In this document: positions 39,459 to 49,288 of the stretch, piece by piece | Position numbering within the stretch: position 1 is the first letter of the stretch | Layout of the letters: each line of letters opens with the position of its first letter | NCBI GenBank assembly: GCA_965247115.1 | Contig: CBDFGR010000003.1 | Coordinates: 1,248,001 to 1,312,000 of the forward strand | Source: Myxococcota bacterium | Lineage (GTDB): Bacteria > Myxococcota_A > UBA9160 > SZUA-336 | DNA: 64,000 nucleotides | Reading direction: 5' to 3' | The notes under the pieces: model-generated | Databases searched by the model: none | What the model was told of the DNA's origin: nothing | What the model saw: the letters and a program-made list of their open reading frames with translations, nothing else | Translations under genes and position numbers: made by a program

Positions 39459-40795
39459 CAGTGTGAGTCCTCTGCCAGCGCGTGGTAGTGCAGCTCCTTG
39501 ACCTCCTGGATCGCAATCACCGGGAACAGCCGCAGGAAGATCAGGAACATGGTCAGGAAGAGCGCAAAGCTGGCGGCCAGGATCGTCAGCTCCACGACGC
39601 TCGGCACGTAGTAGCCCCACGCCGCGGGATCGTACTCGTGAGAGAGCCCCGTCGTGATGATCACGTAGCGCTCGAACCACATGCCCACGTTGATGAAGAT
39701 GGAGATCACCCACATGACCGAGGCGCTCTCGCGCAACTTCTTCACCCAGAGGGGAAGGGGCGCGACGACGTTGCAGATGATCATGATCCAGGTCGAGGTC
39801 CAGTGGTAGCCGAAGCCGCGATGCCAGAAAGAGCCCTGCTCGTAGGGGTTCGCGCTGTACCAGGCGCTGAAGAACTCCATCCCGTACGAGTACCCCACGA
39901 TGGAGGAGGTCAGCAGGATGAGCTTCCCCACGTTGTCGAAGTGGCTCGGCGTCAGGTAGCGCTCGAGACCAAAGGCCTTGCGCACCGGCACCAGCAGGGT
40001 GATGACCATCGCGAGTCCGGAGAAGATCGCGCCCGCGACAAAGTACGGGGCAAAGATGGTGGTGTGCCAGCCCGGCACGAGGGAGGTCGCGAAGTCCCAC
40101 GAGACGACGCTGTGCACCGAGAGCACGAGCGGCGTGGCCAGGCCCGAGAGGTGCAAGACTGCGCGCGCGTGGTGGCGCCACTGCTGCGACGAGCCCTTCC
40201 AGCCAAGGGCGAGCACGCGGTAGACGTGTCGCCGCCAGTCGCGCACCCGATCCCGAGCCGCAGCGATGTCCGGGATGAGGCCGACCGCAAAGAACAGGAT
40301 CGAGATCAGCATGTACGTGTTGATCGCGAAGAGGTCCCAGACGAGTGGGGACTTGAAGTTGACCCACAGGCCGCGCTGGTTCGGATAGGGAATCATGAAG
40401 TAGAACTTCCACAGGCGACCGATGTGGATCAGCGGGAACATCGCCGCGATGAGAACGGCGAATACCGTCATCGCCTCGGCGCCGCGGTTGACCGCGTTCC
40501 GCCATTTCGCGCGGAACAAGTACAGGATGGCGGAGATCAGTGTGCCGGCGTGCGCGATCCCCACCCAGAACACGAAGGTCGTGATGTACACGCCCCACAT
40601 GACGGGATGCTGCAGGCCCGTGACACCGAAGCCAAAGTACGTCTGATACAGAAGTGCGCCGACGCCCGCACCGACGATGCCGATGCAGGCGAGCACGCCG
40701 AGCACGTACAGCGGCGTCGGCGGCTCCAAGACGCGCAGGATGTCGTCGTTGATCTGATCCGCTGTTGGCGGAACGAGCTCGGTCGCGGCGGCCAT
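39458..40795 (-). CDS. actC: Alternative complex III subunit ActC (NrfD/PsrC family)
   Basis: 'WGVYITTFVFWVGIAHAGTLISAIL', 'FKSPLVWD', 'LVLSVHSVVSWDFA', 'WHTTIFAPYFVAGAIFSG'. Confidence 0.93.
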   Translation of the reverse strand: MAAATELVPPTADQINDDILRVLEPPTPLYVLGVLACIGIVGAGVGALLYQTYFGFGVTGLQHPVMWGVYITTFVFWVGIAHAGTLISAILYLFRAKWRNAVNRGAEAMTVFAVLIAAMFPLIHIGRLWKFYFMIPYPNQRGLWVNFKSPLVWDLFAINTYMLISILFFAVGLIPDIAAARDRVRDWRRHVYRVLALGWKGSSQQWRHHARAVLHLSGLATPLVLSVHSVVSWDFATSLVPGWHTTIFAPYFVAGAIFSGLAMVITLLVPVRKAFGLERYLTPSHFDNVGKLILLTSSIVGYSYGMEFFSAWYSANPYEQGSFWHRGFGYHWTSTWIMIICNVVAPLPLWVKKLRESASVMWVISIFINVGMWFERYVIITTGLSHEYDPAAWGYYVPSVVELTILAASFALFLTMFLIFLRLFPVIAIQEVKELHYHALAEDSH

Positions 40796-40796
40796 C

Positions 40797-43736
40797 CTAG
40801 GCCTCGCGCTTCACGGCCCGCAGATACGAGACTCCGGGACGCGTGTAGAGGTGCTCGAAGATGCGGTAGGCCCGGGGGTCCACCCGAAGCTTCGACACGT
40901 CGCTCTCCGGGTCGCGCAGGTTTCCGAAGCTGATCGCGTTCGAGGGACACGCTTGCTGGCAGGCGGTCTGCATCTCGCCGTCGCGTACGGTGCGATTCTC
41001 GAGGACGGCCTGATCCTTGGCCGAAGTGATCCGCTGCAGGCACATCGTGCACTTCTCCATTACGCCCTTGGAGCGCACCGTCACGTCCGGGTTCAGAATC
41101 AGCTCCTCGGGCTCGCGATAGAAGAAATCGTACGGCCAGTAGTTGAAGCGGCGCGCCTTGTACGGGCAGTTGTTGCTGCAGAAGCGCGTGCCGATGCAGC
41201 GGTTCGGCACCATCACGTTCAGCCCGTCCTCGCTGTGGTACGTGGCGATGGGCGGGCAGACGCTCTCGCACGGAGCGGCGCCGCAGTGCTGGCACATCAT
41301 GGGGACTGTCCGCACGTCGATCTGACCGTCGTCTCCGAGCTCGACGTAGCGCTCGACCCGGATCCAGTGCATCTCCCGGCCGGTACGCGCGTTGTCCGGG
41401 CCGACCACGGGGATGTTGTTCTCCGTATTACAGGCCATGATGCACGCATCACAGCCCACACAGGCGTCGAGGTCCACGGACATCCCCCAGCGGTAGGGAC
41501 TGTCCGGGTGGGCGTCCGCGGCCGGGTCGTACTCCTTCGTGACAAGATGCTCGGACGAGGCAGGCGCGTGCATGTCGGGTGCCTCGTGGGCCGCGTCTTC
41601 GGCCTCGTGGTCGTCATGCCCCATGAGTGCCGCGAGCGTGGTCGCCTTGGCCACCCCGCGCGTCTCCTGATCGAACGTGATCTGGGCGCGCGCCACGAGC
41701 TTGCGAGCTCCGGTCGGACGCACTGCTGCTCGCGTCGAGAGCCAGGCGAGCCCGCCGCTCTCGGGGTCGAGTCGCCCCGGCACGATCTCGAGCGCGTTCA
41801 CTCCGACCGTGTTGCGCTGCTGCTGGTAATCGGGATCTGGAGCGTTCGGATCTACCGGCTGGTGGCCCTGACCCACCGAGATCGCGACCACGCCGGGCCG
41901 GACAGCCAGGTGAGGATAGACGGCGAGCTCGAGAGAGCCCGCGTCGGTCGAGACCTCGACCACGTCGCCCACATCGACCCCCAGCTCGAGCGCCGTCTCC
42001 GGATTGAGCTCGGCGTAGCTGCCCCACATCGTCTTCGTGACCGGATCGGGAATCTCGTTGAGCGCGGCCAGGCGCTGACTGCGCCCGTCATAGAAGTGAA
42101 GCGACGGGTAGACCACCAGGGCAAGACCGTCTTCCTCGCCGGAGAGTCGCGCCGGCTCGAAGCTCAGGTTCTCCGCACCTGCGGCGAGCGAGACGCCACG
42201 GCTGCCAACGGTCCTGAACTCTCCTCCGCTAGCGACCTTCTGGTCGAAGCCTTCCGCTCCCCAGCGCGCCTTGAGCACGTCCTGGAAGCTTCCTCCTGGC
42301 AGGCTCCCGGCTTTTCCGAGCGCGCGGCCGGCGTCGAGAAGCACGTCGCCAATCGCGCGGGTGTCATTGAGCGGGCGGATCGTCGGCTGCTGCAGGCGCC
42401 GAATCCCGCGAATGGGCTCCGCGTCGCCCCACGCCTCGAACGGGGTGTGGTCCGGCAACACGAGGTCCGCCAGCGCCGTGGTCTCGTCGTTGGCGCTCGA
42501 GAAGCTGACCGTGTACACGCCGCTCGACCCCATCGCATCTGCGAAGCCGACCTGCGGCGCGGTGTATACGGGGTTCGCCCCGTGCACGAGCAGAACGCTG
42601 ACCTCACCGCCCCGCAGCTCTCCCGCCAGCTCCTTCAGGTCGCTGAAGCGAGCCAGCTTGCCCACGTTGTGGTCCGGACCGAACTCGACGGTCTTCCCGA
42701 TTGCGCCGCTCACGTAGTTGAGGATCTGTACGGCAGCCGCGAAGCTGGCCGCGTTCGTGCCCTGGACCTCGATCCCGGGCGGGAGCGCGAGCGGGGCGGA
42801 CGCGCCCACGATCCGCTGCGCCAGCGTTCGGATCTGCCCCGCCTCGAGCCCCGCCTGAGCGGCCACTGCTTCGACCGTGAAGTCGGCCAGCATGCGTCGC
42901 AGCGCGGGCTCAGCCCGCCTCTCTTCCGCAACTTCATGCGCCAGGGCAAGGGCGACCAGCACCTCGGTACCGGGCGCCGCGGCCAGCCAGAGATCCGTGT
43001 TGCCGCCGGAGATGCCGAGGCGCGGGCCCACGTAGGCGGCAAAGCCATGGCCGTTCGCCCTCGCGGTAGCGAGGTTTCGCTGGTTCTGCAGCGGGTTCAG
43101 CCAGGTCTCCAGGAAGTCGGTCCCGAACGCCACGATGACGTCGGCCTTGTCGAGCGCGAAGTGCGGAACCGCATCGGTACCGAAGACCCTCTCGTTCGCG
43201 CTGCGAAGCGCCTCGTGGGCGTAGAGCTCGAAGCGCAGCCGCTTCGAGGAGCCGAGGGCCGTCAGGAAGGCGTCGACGATGCCGTCCAGGGTGCCGGTCT
43301 CGGCTCCGCCGAGAAATGCGACCCGGCCGTTCGCCGCACCGAGCTTCTCGACCAGGAACTCCATGCCCTCGTCCCAGCGGATCGGAACGAGATCCCCCCC
43401 CTCGCGCCGCATGGGGCCCTTGAAGCGGGCCGAATCGTAGGTGCGGTGCAGCCCGGCCTGGCCGCGGACACACAGACTGCCGCCGTCGATCGGGTCGTCG
43501 GGGTTCCCGTCCACCTTGATGGGACGCCCCTCGCGCGTCTTCACACGGATTCCGCAGGCGGCAGGGCACTCCCGGCAGGTGCTGTTGTAGTAGGTCGCGA
43601 TGCCGGGCACGACCTCTTCGGGCTGGTTCAAGTATGGGATGACCGCTTCGAGCGGGTCCTGGCAGGCGACCGTTGCCGCAGCACCGGCGCTCATGCCCAC
43701 GATCTTCAGGAAATCTCGCCGGTCGAGCTCGGACAT
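40797..43736 (-). CDS. actB: Alternative complex III subunit ActB (molybdopterin-oxidoreductase-like + Fe-S domain)
   Basis: Tat motif 'DRRDFLK', 'GRPIKVDGNP', 'CVGCDACIMAC', 'CQHCGAAPCESVCP', 'CIGTRFCSNNCPY', 'KCTMC...CQQACP'. Confidence 0.92.
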   Translation of the reverse strand: MSELDRRDFLKIVGMSAGAAATVACQDPLEAVIPYLNQPEEVVPGIATYYNSTCRECPAACGIRVKTREGRPIKVDGNPDDPIDGGSLCVRGQAGLHRTYDSARFKGPMRREGGDLVPIRWDEGMEFLVEKLGAANGRVAFLGGAETGTLDGIVDAFLTALGSSKRLRFELYAHEALRSANERVFGTDAVPHFALDKADVIVAFGTDFLETWLNPLQNQRNLATARANGHGFAAYVGPRLGISGGNTDLWLAAAPGTEVLVALALAHEVAEERRAEPALRRMLADFTVEAVAAQAGLEAGQIRTLAQRIVGASAPLALPPGIEVQGTNAASFAAAVQILNYVSGAIGKTVEFGPDHNVGKLARFSDLKELAGELRGGEVSVLLVHGANPVYTAPQVGFADAMGSSGVYTVSFSSANDETTALADLVLPDHTPFEAWGDAEPIRGIRRLQQPTIRPLNDTRAIGDVLLDAGRALGKAGSLPGGSFQDVLKARWGAEGFDQKVASGGEFRTVGSRGVSLAAGAENLSFEPARLSGEEDGLALVVYPSLHFYDGRSQRLAALNEIPDPVTKTMWGSYAELNPETALELGVDVGDVVEVSTDAGSLELAVYPHLAVRPGVVAISVGQGHQPVDPNAPDPDYQQQRNTVGVNALEIVPGRLDPESGGLAWLSTRAAVRPTGARKLVARAQITFDQETRGVAKATTLAALMGHDDHEAEDAAHEAPDMHAPASSEHLVTKEYDPAADAHPDSPYRWGMSVDLDACVGCDACIMACNTENNIPVVGPDNARTGREMHWIRVERYVELGDDGQIDVRTVPMMCQHCGAAPCESVCPPIATYHSEDGLNVMVPNRCIGTRFCSNNCPYKARRFNYWPYDFFYREPEELILNPDVTVRSKGVMEKCTMCLQRITSAKDQAVLENRTVRDGEMQTACQQACPSNAISFGNLRDPESDVSKLRVDPRAYRIFEHLYTRPGVSYLRAVKREA

Positions 43737-43757
43737 AGACGGTGCCTTGCCCCCCTT

Positions 43758-44354
43758 TTAGAAGTGGCACGCGGAGCAATCGTCCTCGGCTCCGCGTTCC
43801 AGATGACAATCCATGCACCAGCCCATCTCTAGCTTTGCGGCGGGCAGGAAACCGCTGTAGGGCCGCAGCACCGTGTCTGGTGTCAGGTAGACCCGGTTCA
43901 TCTCCTGAACCTGTCCGTGACACTCCTGGCACTCGACGCCCGCGTTGAGGTGGCGAAAGTGCTTGAACTGCACGTACTCGGGCAGATTGTGGATTCGGAT
44001 CCAGGGAATCGACTCGCCGTTCGCGTAGTACTCCCGGAGCTTGGCGATCTCTTCCGCGCTGCCCTCCGTGCGGCCTTCGGCCACGTGAGTGTGGCAGCCC
44101 ATGCAGGTCGACACGGCGGGAATGGTGGCGTGCTGGCTCTTCTCTGCGGCGCTATGGCAGTACAGGCACTGGATGCCGAGGTCGCCGTCCTCCGCGCTGC
44201 CAGCATGGATCTTGTGGCTGAACTCGATCGGCTGGATCGGGGCTTCGAGCTCCTCGTCGCTGTAGTCGTAGAGCCCCGCTGCGGCAGCGCTCAAGACCAG
44301 TGCAAAGGCGCACACGGCGGCCAGGGGGATCAAAGTGCGCTTCCGGTGACGCAT
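43758..44354 (-). CDS. actA: Alternative complex III subunit ActA, pentaheme cytochrome c
   Basis: Five CxxCH motifs (CLYCH, CMGCH, CQECH, CMDCH, CSACH); 'QPIEFSHKIH'. Confidence 0.92.
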   Translation of the reverse strand: MRHRKRTLIPLAAVCAFALVLSAAAAGLYDYSDEELEAPIQPIEFSHKIHAGSAEDGDLGIQCLYCHSAAEKSQHATIPAVSTCMGCHTHVAEGRTEGSAEEIAKLREYYANGESIPWIRIHNLPEYVQFKHFRHLNAGVECQECHGQVQEMNRVYLTPDTVLRPYSGFLPAAKLEMGWCMDCHLERGAEDDCSACHF

Positions 44355-44365
44355 GTCGCGGCGCA

Positions 44366-44394
44366 GAAGTAGCCATCGCCAGTCGGAAGGTCAA
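44366..44394 (-). promoter_or_regulatory. Candidate sigma70 promoter of the act operon
   Basis: Minus strand TTGACC-N17-TACTTC ending 11 nt before the actA ATG. Confidence 0.3.
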
Positions 44395-44559
44395 GGAGTA
44401 TCGGGAAAGTTCCAGCGGAACAGCGCATCGAGAGGGTCCCGCGGCAGGCCCGGCACCAGAGCGCTGTCGTCCTCTGGTACGAGGTAAAAGCGTGGCTCGG
44501 GCAGAGGCTTAGGAGCGATCCCTCAGGCGAAGCCGGGCGCTCACCCCAAGCCTGCGCGC

Positions 44560-45162
44560 CTACATGGGTATGGCGTCCCGCTTCCAGACGTAGATCTTCA
44601 TCGGGGGAATGTTCCAGAAGCCGCTGTGCGTCTCTGCCGGACCGAGAACGGGCTCGGCGATCCGCCTGACCGCACTCCGGAACTGGTAGGCCACGAAGCG
44701 CCCGTTCTCTCCCAGGACGCGCTTTGCCGCTTCGAGCGTACGCCTGCCGACACCACCCTCGAGCGTCGAGAAGGGGATCCCGGACACCACCAGATCCGCC
44801 TGGAGCTCACCGGCTTCGGCGAGGGCGCGCTCGAGATCTGCCGAGCAGCCCTCGTAGACGCTGAAGCGGGGATCGGACCAGCTGGACCGGAGCAGCTCGG
44901 CAAACTCCGGCAGGATCTCGATCGCGACGAGCTTCCCGTCGGCCGGCATGCGTCCGAGGATCTGGCTCGTGAGCACCCCCGTGCCGGGGCCTAGCTCGAC
45001 GACGACTCTCGCTGTCGAGACGCGCCCACACTCGAGCACACGGCGGGCTAGAAAGCGTGAGCTCGGCACCACGGAACCGACCTCTTTGGGGTTGCGAAGG
45101 AAACCCTTGAAAAACTCGAGCGGCAGATTGACTGCTTCGCTGCGCCGTATTGACGATCTCAT
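44560..45162 (-). CDS. SAM-dependent methyltransferase, phospholipid N-methyltransferase (PmtA-like)
   Basis: 'FLRNPKEVGSVVPSSRFLA', 'VELGPGTG', 'VVSGIPF', 'NIPP'. Confidence 0.8.
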   Translation of the reverse strand: MRSSIRRSEAVNLPLEFFKGFLRNPKEVGSVVPSSRFLARRVLECGRVSTARVVVELGPGTGVLTSQILGRMPADGKLVAIEILPEFAELLRSSWSDPRFSVYEGCSADLERALAEAGELQADLVVSGIPFSTLEGGVGRRTLEAAKRVLGENGRFVAYQFRSAVRRIAEPVLGPAETHSGFWNIPPMKIYVWKRDAIPM

Positions 45163-45238
45163 TCAGGCTCCGTAACAACAGTGCGCAGAGCTGATCCAAC
45201 GCCCGCCGCCTGGGTTTTATCCCGGGGCCGAATGCCGG

Positions 45239-45997
45239 TCAACCTCGGCCGTCCACGAGCGCCGGGATCGTCGCGAGATGTGCGCGGGTCCGCGTGCTCA
45301 GGCGACGCATCAGATCACGCGCACAACGCTCTGCGCTGTCGGCATCGCGCGCCTCGATGGTGACCGCAAGGCGCTGCAGGATCGGGCGGAAGCCGCGACG
45401 CTCGCGCGGTCCCAGCCAGGTCCTCAGCACCGGGCCGGCGCGGCCCAAGAAGCGCTGTATCGAGTTCGCGAGCAGGAGCGCGACGCGATTGCCTCCGAGC
45501 TCGCACAGGGTCGCCGGGAGGGCGAGCAGCGATTCGACGAACTCGCGCTCGGAGAGCTCTGTACTCGCGGTGCCGCGCAGCAACGCCGCCGCCGAGTCCA
45601 GCCTGTCCGGAGTCGCGTTCTCGATGATGCCGCGTACCAGGGCAGGCATCAGCACTTCCCGCAGCTCCAGCAAGTCGGTGATCCACGGGAGGCTCGGGCG
45701 CCCACCCGAGCGGGAGAGCTCCCAGACCAGCTCCAGGCTGGCGTGCCGCGCGTCGCGGATGCGCGTCCCCGAGCCATGCTGAATGTCGATCAGGCGCAGC
45801 TCCTCCAGCTTCTTGAGGGCCTCACGCAGGGAGCTGCGGTTTACGTGGAGCTGCTGGGCCAGCTCCCGCTCCGGGGGAAGGCAATCCCCCACACGCAGCG
45901 ATCCCTCCAGAATCCCGGTCAGGACTCGTTCCACTACGAGCTCCGGCACCGGCCGGCGCCCGTTCTCGCGCTCACGCGAGGCGCGCTGCTCCCCCAC
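45239..45997 (-). CDS. GntR/FadR family transcriptional regulator
   Basis: 'LPPERELAQQLHVNRSSLREALKKLEELRLIDIQHGSGT'; start uncertain (GTG 45997). Confidence 0.85.
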   Translation of the reverse strand: MGEQRASRERENGRRPVPELVVERVLTGILEGSLRVGDCLPPERELAQQLHVNRSSLREALKKLEELRLIDIQHGSGTRIRDARHASLELVWELSRSGGRPSLPWITDLLELREVLMPALVRGIIENATPDRLDSAAALLRGTASTELSEREFVESLLALPATLCELGGNRVALLLANSIQRFLGRAGPVLRTWLGPRERRGFRPILQRLAVTIEARDADSAERCARDLMRRLSTRTRAHLATIPALVDGRG

Positions 45998-46111
45998 TGC
46001 CGCTATCAGATCCCCAGGGAAGGGGACTGTCAACCCTCGCGCTTGAACCCGCCTGGCCGAGCCCTCATCATGCCACGCGGCGGGCGGTGAAAGATGAGAG
46101 GAGCAGGAACC

Positions 46112-47269
46112 ATGCCCCGTGCGTACTCGATCAGTGCGGAGTCCATCGCGAAGGAGACCGCGCGTGTGGACAGCGACCTCTTGAAGTTCGATGTCTCGCG
46201 TGTGATCGAGCTCGACGAGCTCGAGCTCCGTCCCGTGGGTCGGTTCGACGTGCACCTGCGGATCCTTGCCGTCTCCGCCGAACACAACGTCGACCACGCG
46301 GCTCTTGCGGACACCATCAATATTGCGGAGGCCCGTGGGGGCAAGATCTATCCGGGGAACTCCGCGGTCGGCGAGGTCCTGGCGGTCGGCGAGGGGGTCA
46401 GCAAGTTCCAGCCGGGCGAGATCGTCGTCACCCACTGCAACGGAGCGCCGGACAGGTTCGGCTTCCCGCTGCGCATCTGGGCCTACGATCAGCCGGACTC
46501 GGTCGGATGGTACGCAGAGGAGGCGATTGTCGAGGAGTGGCAGATCGTCTCTTGCCCGGTCGGTTGCGGGCTCAACCTTTGGGAGATCGCAGCCCTGCCC
46601 CTCCGCGCGCCCACGGCGTACCACATGTGGCGCCGGGCACTCGGGATCTATCGGCTGAAGGTGCCCGTGGAGAGGCAGGCCGTGCTCAACGTCCTCGGCT
46701 TTGGCGGGGGCGTGTCGGAGCTCTTCCTGATGCTGGCAAAGTCACAGGGCCACAACGTCTTTTTCTGCTCTGGCAGCCCAGAGCGGCGCGACGCCCTGGC
46801 CAGGCTCGGCATCGTCGGGATCGATCAGCAGACCTGGAACCGCTTTGCCACCCGCGACGACGTGAGAGCGTTCAGCCGGGAGGTCCGCAAGCTCACCGAT
46901 GGCGAGAACATGCACCTGGTCTGTGACATGCTGCGCGGCCCGGTCGGCGACGCGGGAATCGCCGTGTCCGCTCGTCAGGGCGTCAACGTGAGTGCGGGCT
47001 GGATGCTGGCCCAGCAGGTCACGTACAACTCGACCTTGCTGTCGGTCAAGCAGGTGACGCTCGACCACGTCCACTTCGAGACGCTGGAGGGCGTCGCTGC
47101 TGCAACCGAGCTCTACGGCAGGGTATTCAAGCCTACGGTCCACAAGGAAGTGTACAGCTTCGAGGATCTTCCTCGCTGCATGCACGAGATGCATCGGAAC
47201 ACACAGACGGGGATCCCGATCGTCCGAGTCGCGGCCGAGCTACCCGCCGCGTTCCGCGAAAACTCGTAG
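46112..47269 (+). CDS. MDR-superfamily enoyl-thioester reductase, divergent crotonyl-CoA carboxylase/reductase-like
   Basis: 'GEVLAVGEGVSKFQPGEIVVTHC', 'RIWAY', 'LWEIAALPLRAPTAY' parallel Ccr; no Zn-ADH GHE motif; GAGGAG RBS. Confidence 0.6.
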   Translation: MPRAYSISAESIAKETARVDSDLLKFDVSRVIELDELELRPVGRFDVHLRILAVSAEHNVDHAALADTINIAEARGGKIYPGNSAVGEVLAVGEGVSKFQPGEIVVTHCNGAPDRFGFPLRIWAYDQPDSVGWYAEEAIVEEWQIVSCPVGCGLNLWEIAALPLRAPTAYHMWRRALGIYRLKVPVERQAVLNVLGFGGGVSELFLMLAKSQGHNVFFCSGSPERRDALARLGIVGIDQQTWNRFATRDDVRAFSREVRKLTDGENMHLVCDMLRGPVGDAGIAVSARQGVNVSAGWMLAQQVTYNSTLLSVKQVTLDHVHFETLEGVAAATELYGRVFKPTVHKEVYSFEDLPRCMHEMHRNTQTGIPIVRVAAELPAAFRENS

Positions 47270-47275
47270 CCGACG

Positions 47276-47707
47276 ATGGCTCGCGCCTTCTGGCTCGCGA
47301 AGTCCGAGCCGGGCTCCTATTCGTGGGACGACCTCGAGGCGGACGGCGCCACCTACTGGGACGGGGTCCGAAATCCCCAGGCCAGAAACAACCTGCAGGC
47401 GATGAAGAAGGGGGACCTCGTCCTCTTCTACCACTCGGTGAAGGACCCGGCCGTCGTGGGCATCGCCCGCGTCACCCGCACCGCGTATCCAGATCCAACG
47501 ACCGACGACCCCCGCTGGGTCGTCGTCGACATCGAGCCAGCGCGCAAGCTGACGAGCCCCGTCTCGCTCGCGGCAATCAAGGCCGAGCCACGACTCCAGG
47601 AAATGGCGCTCGTGAGGCAATCGCGGCTCTCCGTCATGCCGGTCGACAAGGCGGAGCTCGAGCGGATCCTCGCGCTGGGAAAGACCAAGCTCCCGAGGGG
47701 GAAGTAG
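47276..47707 (+). CDS. EVE domain protein
   Basis: 'FWLAKSEPGSYSWDDL', 'WDGVRNPQARN', 'GDLVLFYHS', 'RLSVMPV'. Confidence 0.92.
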   Translation: MARAFWLAKSEPGSYSWDDLEADGATYWDGVRNPQARNNLQAMKKGDLVLFYHSVKDPAVVGIARVTRTAYPDPTTDDPRWVVVDIEPARKLTSPVSLAAIKAEPRLQEMALVRQSRLSVMPVDKAELERILALGKTKLPRGK

Positions 47708-47709
47708 GC

Positions 47710-49197
47710 ATGTCTCTCAACCTGGGAACGATTCTCTCAACATCCGCACGCGAGAGACCGGAGCACGCGGCCGTCCGGCTCAACGACACAGAGCTCTCCT
47801 ACGCGGAGGTCGACCGGGCTGCGCGCGGCATTGCGACCGGGCTGCACGAGATCGGAATCCACCCCGGCGACCACGTGGCGCTGATGCTGCCGAACGTGCT
47901 GGAATTTCCGCAGGCGTACTTCGGGATCCTCTACGCCGGCTGCACGGTCGTGCCGTTGAACGTGCTGCTGTCCGCTCCCGAGGTGAGCTACCACCTCCAG
48001 GACTCCGACTCGAAGCTGCTCATCGCCCACCCGTTGTTCGAAGGACCCGCCAGCGAGGGCGCGCAGGGTGCCGGCGTGTCGGTGGTCTGGGCCGCCGAAG
48101 GATCGCCCGGGCTTCACGACCTTGCCCTCCGCGAGCCGCTCCAGGCTCTGTACCCGACCGACGAGCAGGACACGGCCGTCATCCTCTATACCTCCGGTAC
48201 GACCGGCAAGCCGAAGGGGGCGGAGCTCACGCACAGCAATCTGCTGCTCAACTGCAGCGCTGTCGTGCCACGCCTCATCCCGCTCGCAAAGGACGACGTC
48301 GCGCTGGGAACTCTGCCGCTGTTCCACTCCTTCGGCCAGACGTGCATTCAGAACGCGACGGTCGCAGCGGGCGGCACCATGACGCTGCTGCCTCGCTTCA
48401 CACCCCAAGACGCGCTCGAGATCATGCAGCGCGATCGCGTCACGCTGTTCGCGGGCGTACCCACCATGTACTTCGCGATCCTCAACCACGAAGGCGGCGA
48501 TCAGTACGACCTTTCGAGCCTGCGCTATTCCCTGACCGGCGGCGCGGCCATGCCCGTCGAGGTCATGAAGCGCTTCGAGGAGAAGTACCCGGTCCAGATC
48601 CTCGAGGGCTACGGGCTATCCGAGACCTCGCCAGTCGCGAGCTTCAACAAGCTCGATCGTCCCCGCAAGGCGGGCTCCATCGGCTACCCCGTCTGGGGCG
48701 TAGAGATGGCCATCCTCGATGAGAAGGATCGCCCGATACCGGATGGCGAGCGTGGCGAGATCTGCATCCGCGGCCACAACATCATGAAGGGCTACTACAA
48801 GCGTCCCGATGCGAGCGCCGAGACCTTGCGCAACGGCTGGTTCCACTCGGGCGACATCGGCATCCGCGACGAAGACGGCTCCTACCGGATCGTCGACCGC
48901 CTCAAGGACATGATCATCCGCGGGGGCTACAACGTCTATCCTCGCGAAGTTGAAGAGACCCTGTACGCCCACCCCGCCATCATCGAAGCAGCCGTCATCG
49001 GCATCCCCCACGAAAGCCTTGGCGAAGAAATCAAGGCCGTCGTCACGCTAGGCGCTGGCCAGCACACCACCCCCGACGAGATCATCGACTATTGCAAACA
49101 ACATCTCGCCGCCTACAAGTACCCCCGCCAGGTCGAGTTCATCGAAGCCCTCCCCAAGGGCCCGACAGGAAAGATCCTGAAGCGCGAGCTGAGCTAG
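47710..49197 (+). CDS. Long-chain fatty acid--CoA ligase
   Basis: 'YTSGTTGKPKG', 'EGYGLSET', 'WFHSGD', 'DRLKDMIIRGGYNVYPREVE'. Confidence 0.93.
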   Translation: MSLNLGTILSTSARERPEHAAVRLNDTELSYAEVDRAARGIATGLHEIGIHPGDHVALMLPNVLEFPQAYFGILYAGCTVVPLNVLLSAPEVSYHLQDSDSKLLIAHPLFEGPASEGAQGAGVSVVWAAEGSPGLHDLALREPLQALYPTDEQDTAVILYTSGTTGKPKGAELTHSNLLLNCSAVVPRLIPLAKDDVALGTLPLFHSFGQTCIQNATVAAGGTMTLLPRFTPQDALEIMQRDRVTLFAGVPTMYFAILNHEGGDQYDLSSLRYSLTGGAAMPVEVMKRFEEKYPVQILEGYGLSETSPVASFNKLDRPRKAGSIGYPVWGVEMAILDEKDRPIPDGERGEICIRGHNIMKGYYKRPDASAETLRNGWFHSGDIGIRDEDGSYRIVDRLKDMIIRGGYNVYPREVEETLYAHPAIIEAAVIGIPHESLGEEIKAVVTLGAGQHTTPDEIIDYCKQHLAAYKYPRQVEFIEALPKGPTGKILKRELS

Positions 49198-49288
49198 GAT
49201 CTCTCTCGAGAGTTCATGATCTGGATCCGGATCTGCGACGGCAAAGCCGGACGCTGCCTCTTTCTCATTCCCGCCGCTCTACGTCAGA

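Noticed and set aside
40797..43736. Bona fide molybdoenzyme such as polysulfide or formate reductase
   Set aside because: The fusion to the Fe-S domain and the actA-C-D-E-F context fit ACIII; a Mo ligand could not be identified by eye
32079..43832. Very long antisense ORFs (e.g. 32079..34934, 40851..43832; also 904..2631, 52760..54763)
   Set aside because: Shadow ORFs opposite well-supported genes, expected at high GC, with no recognisable domains
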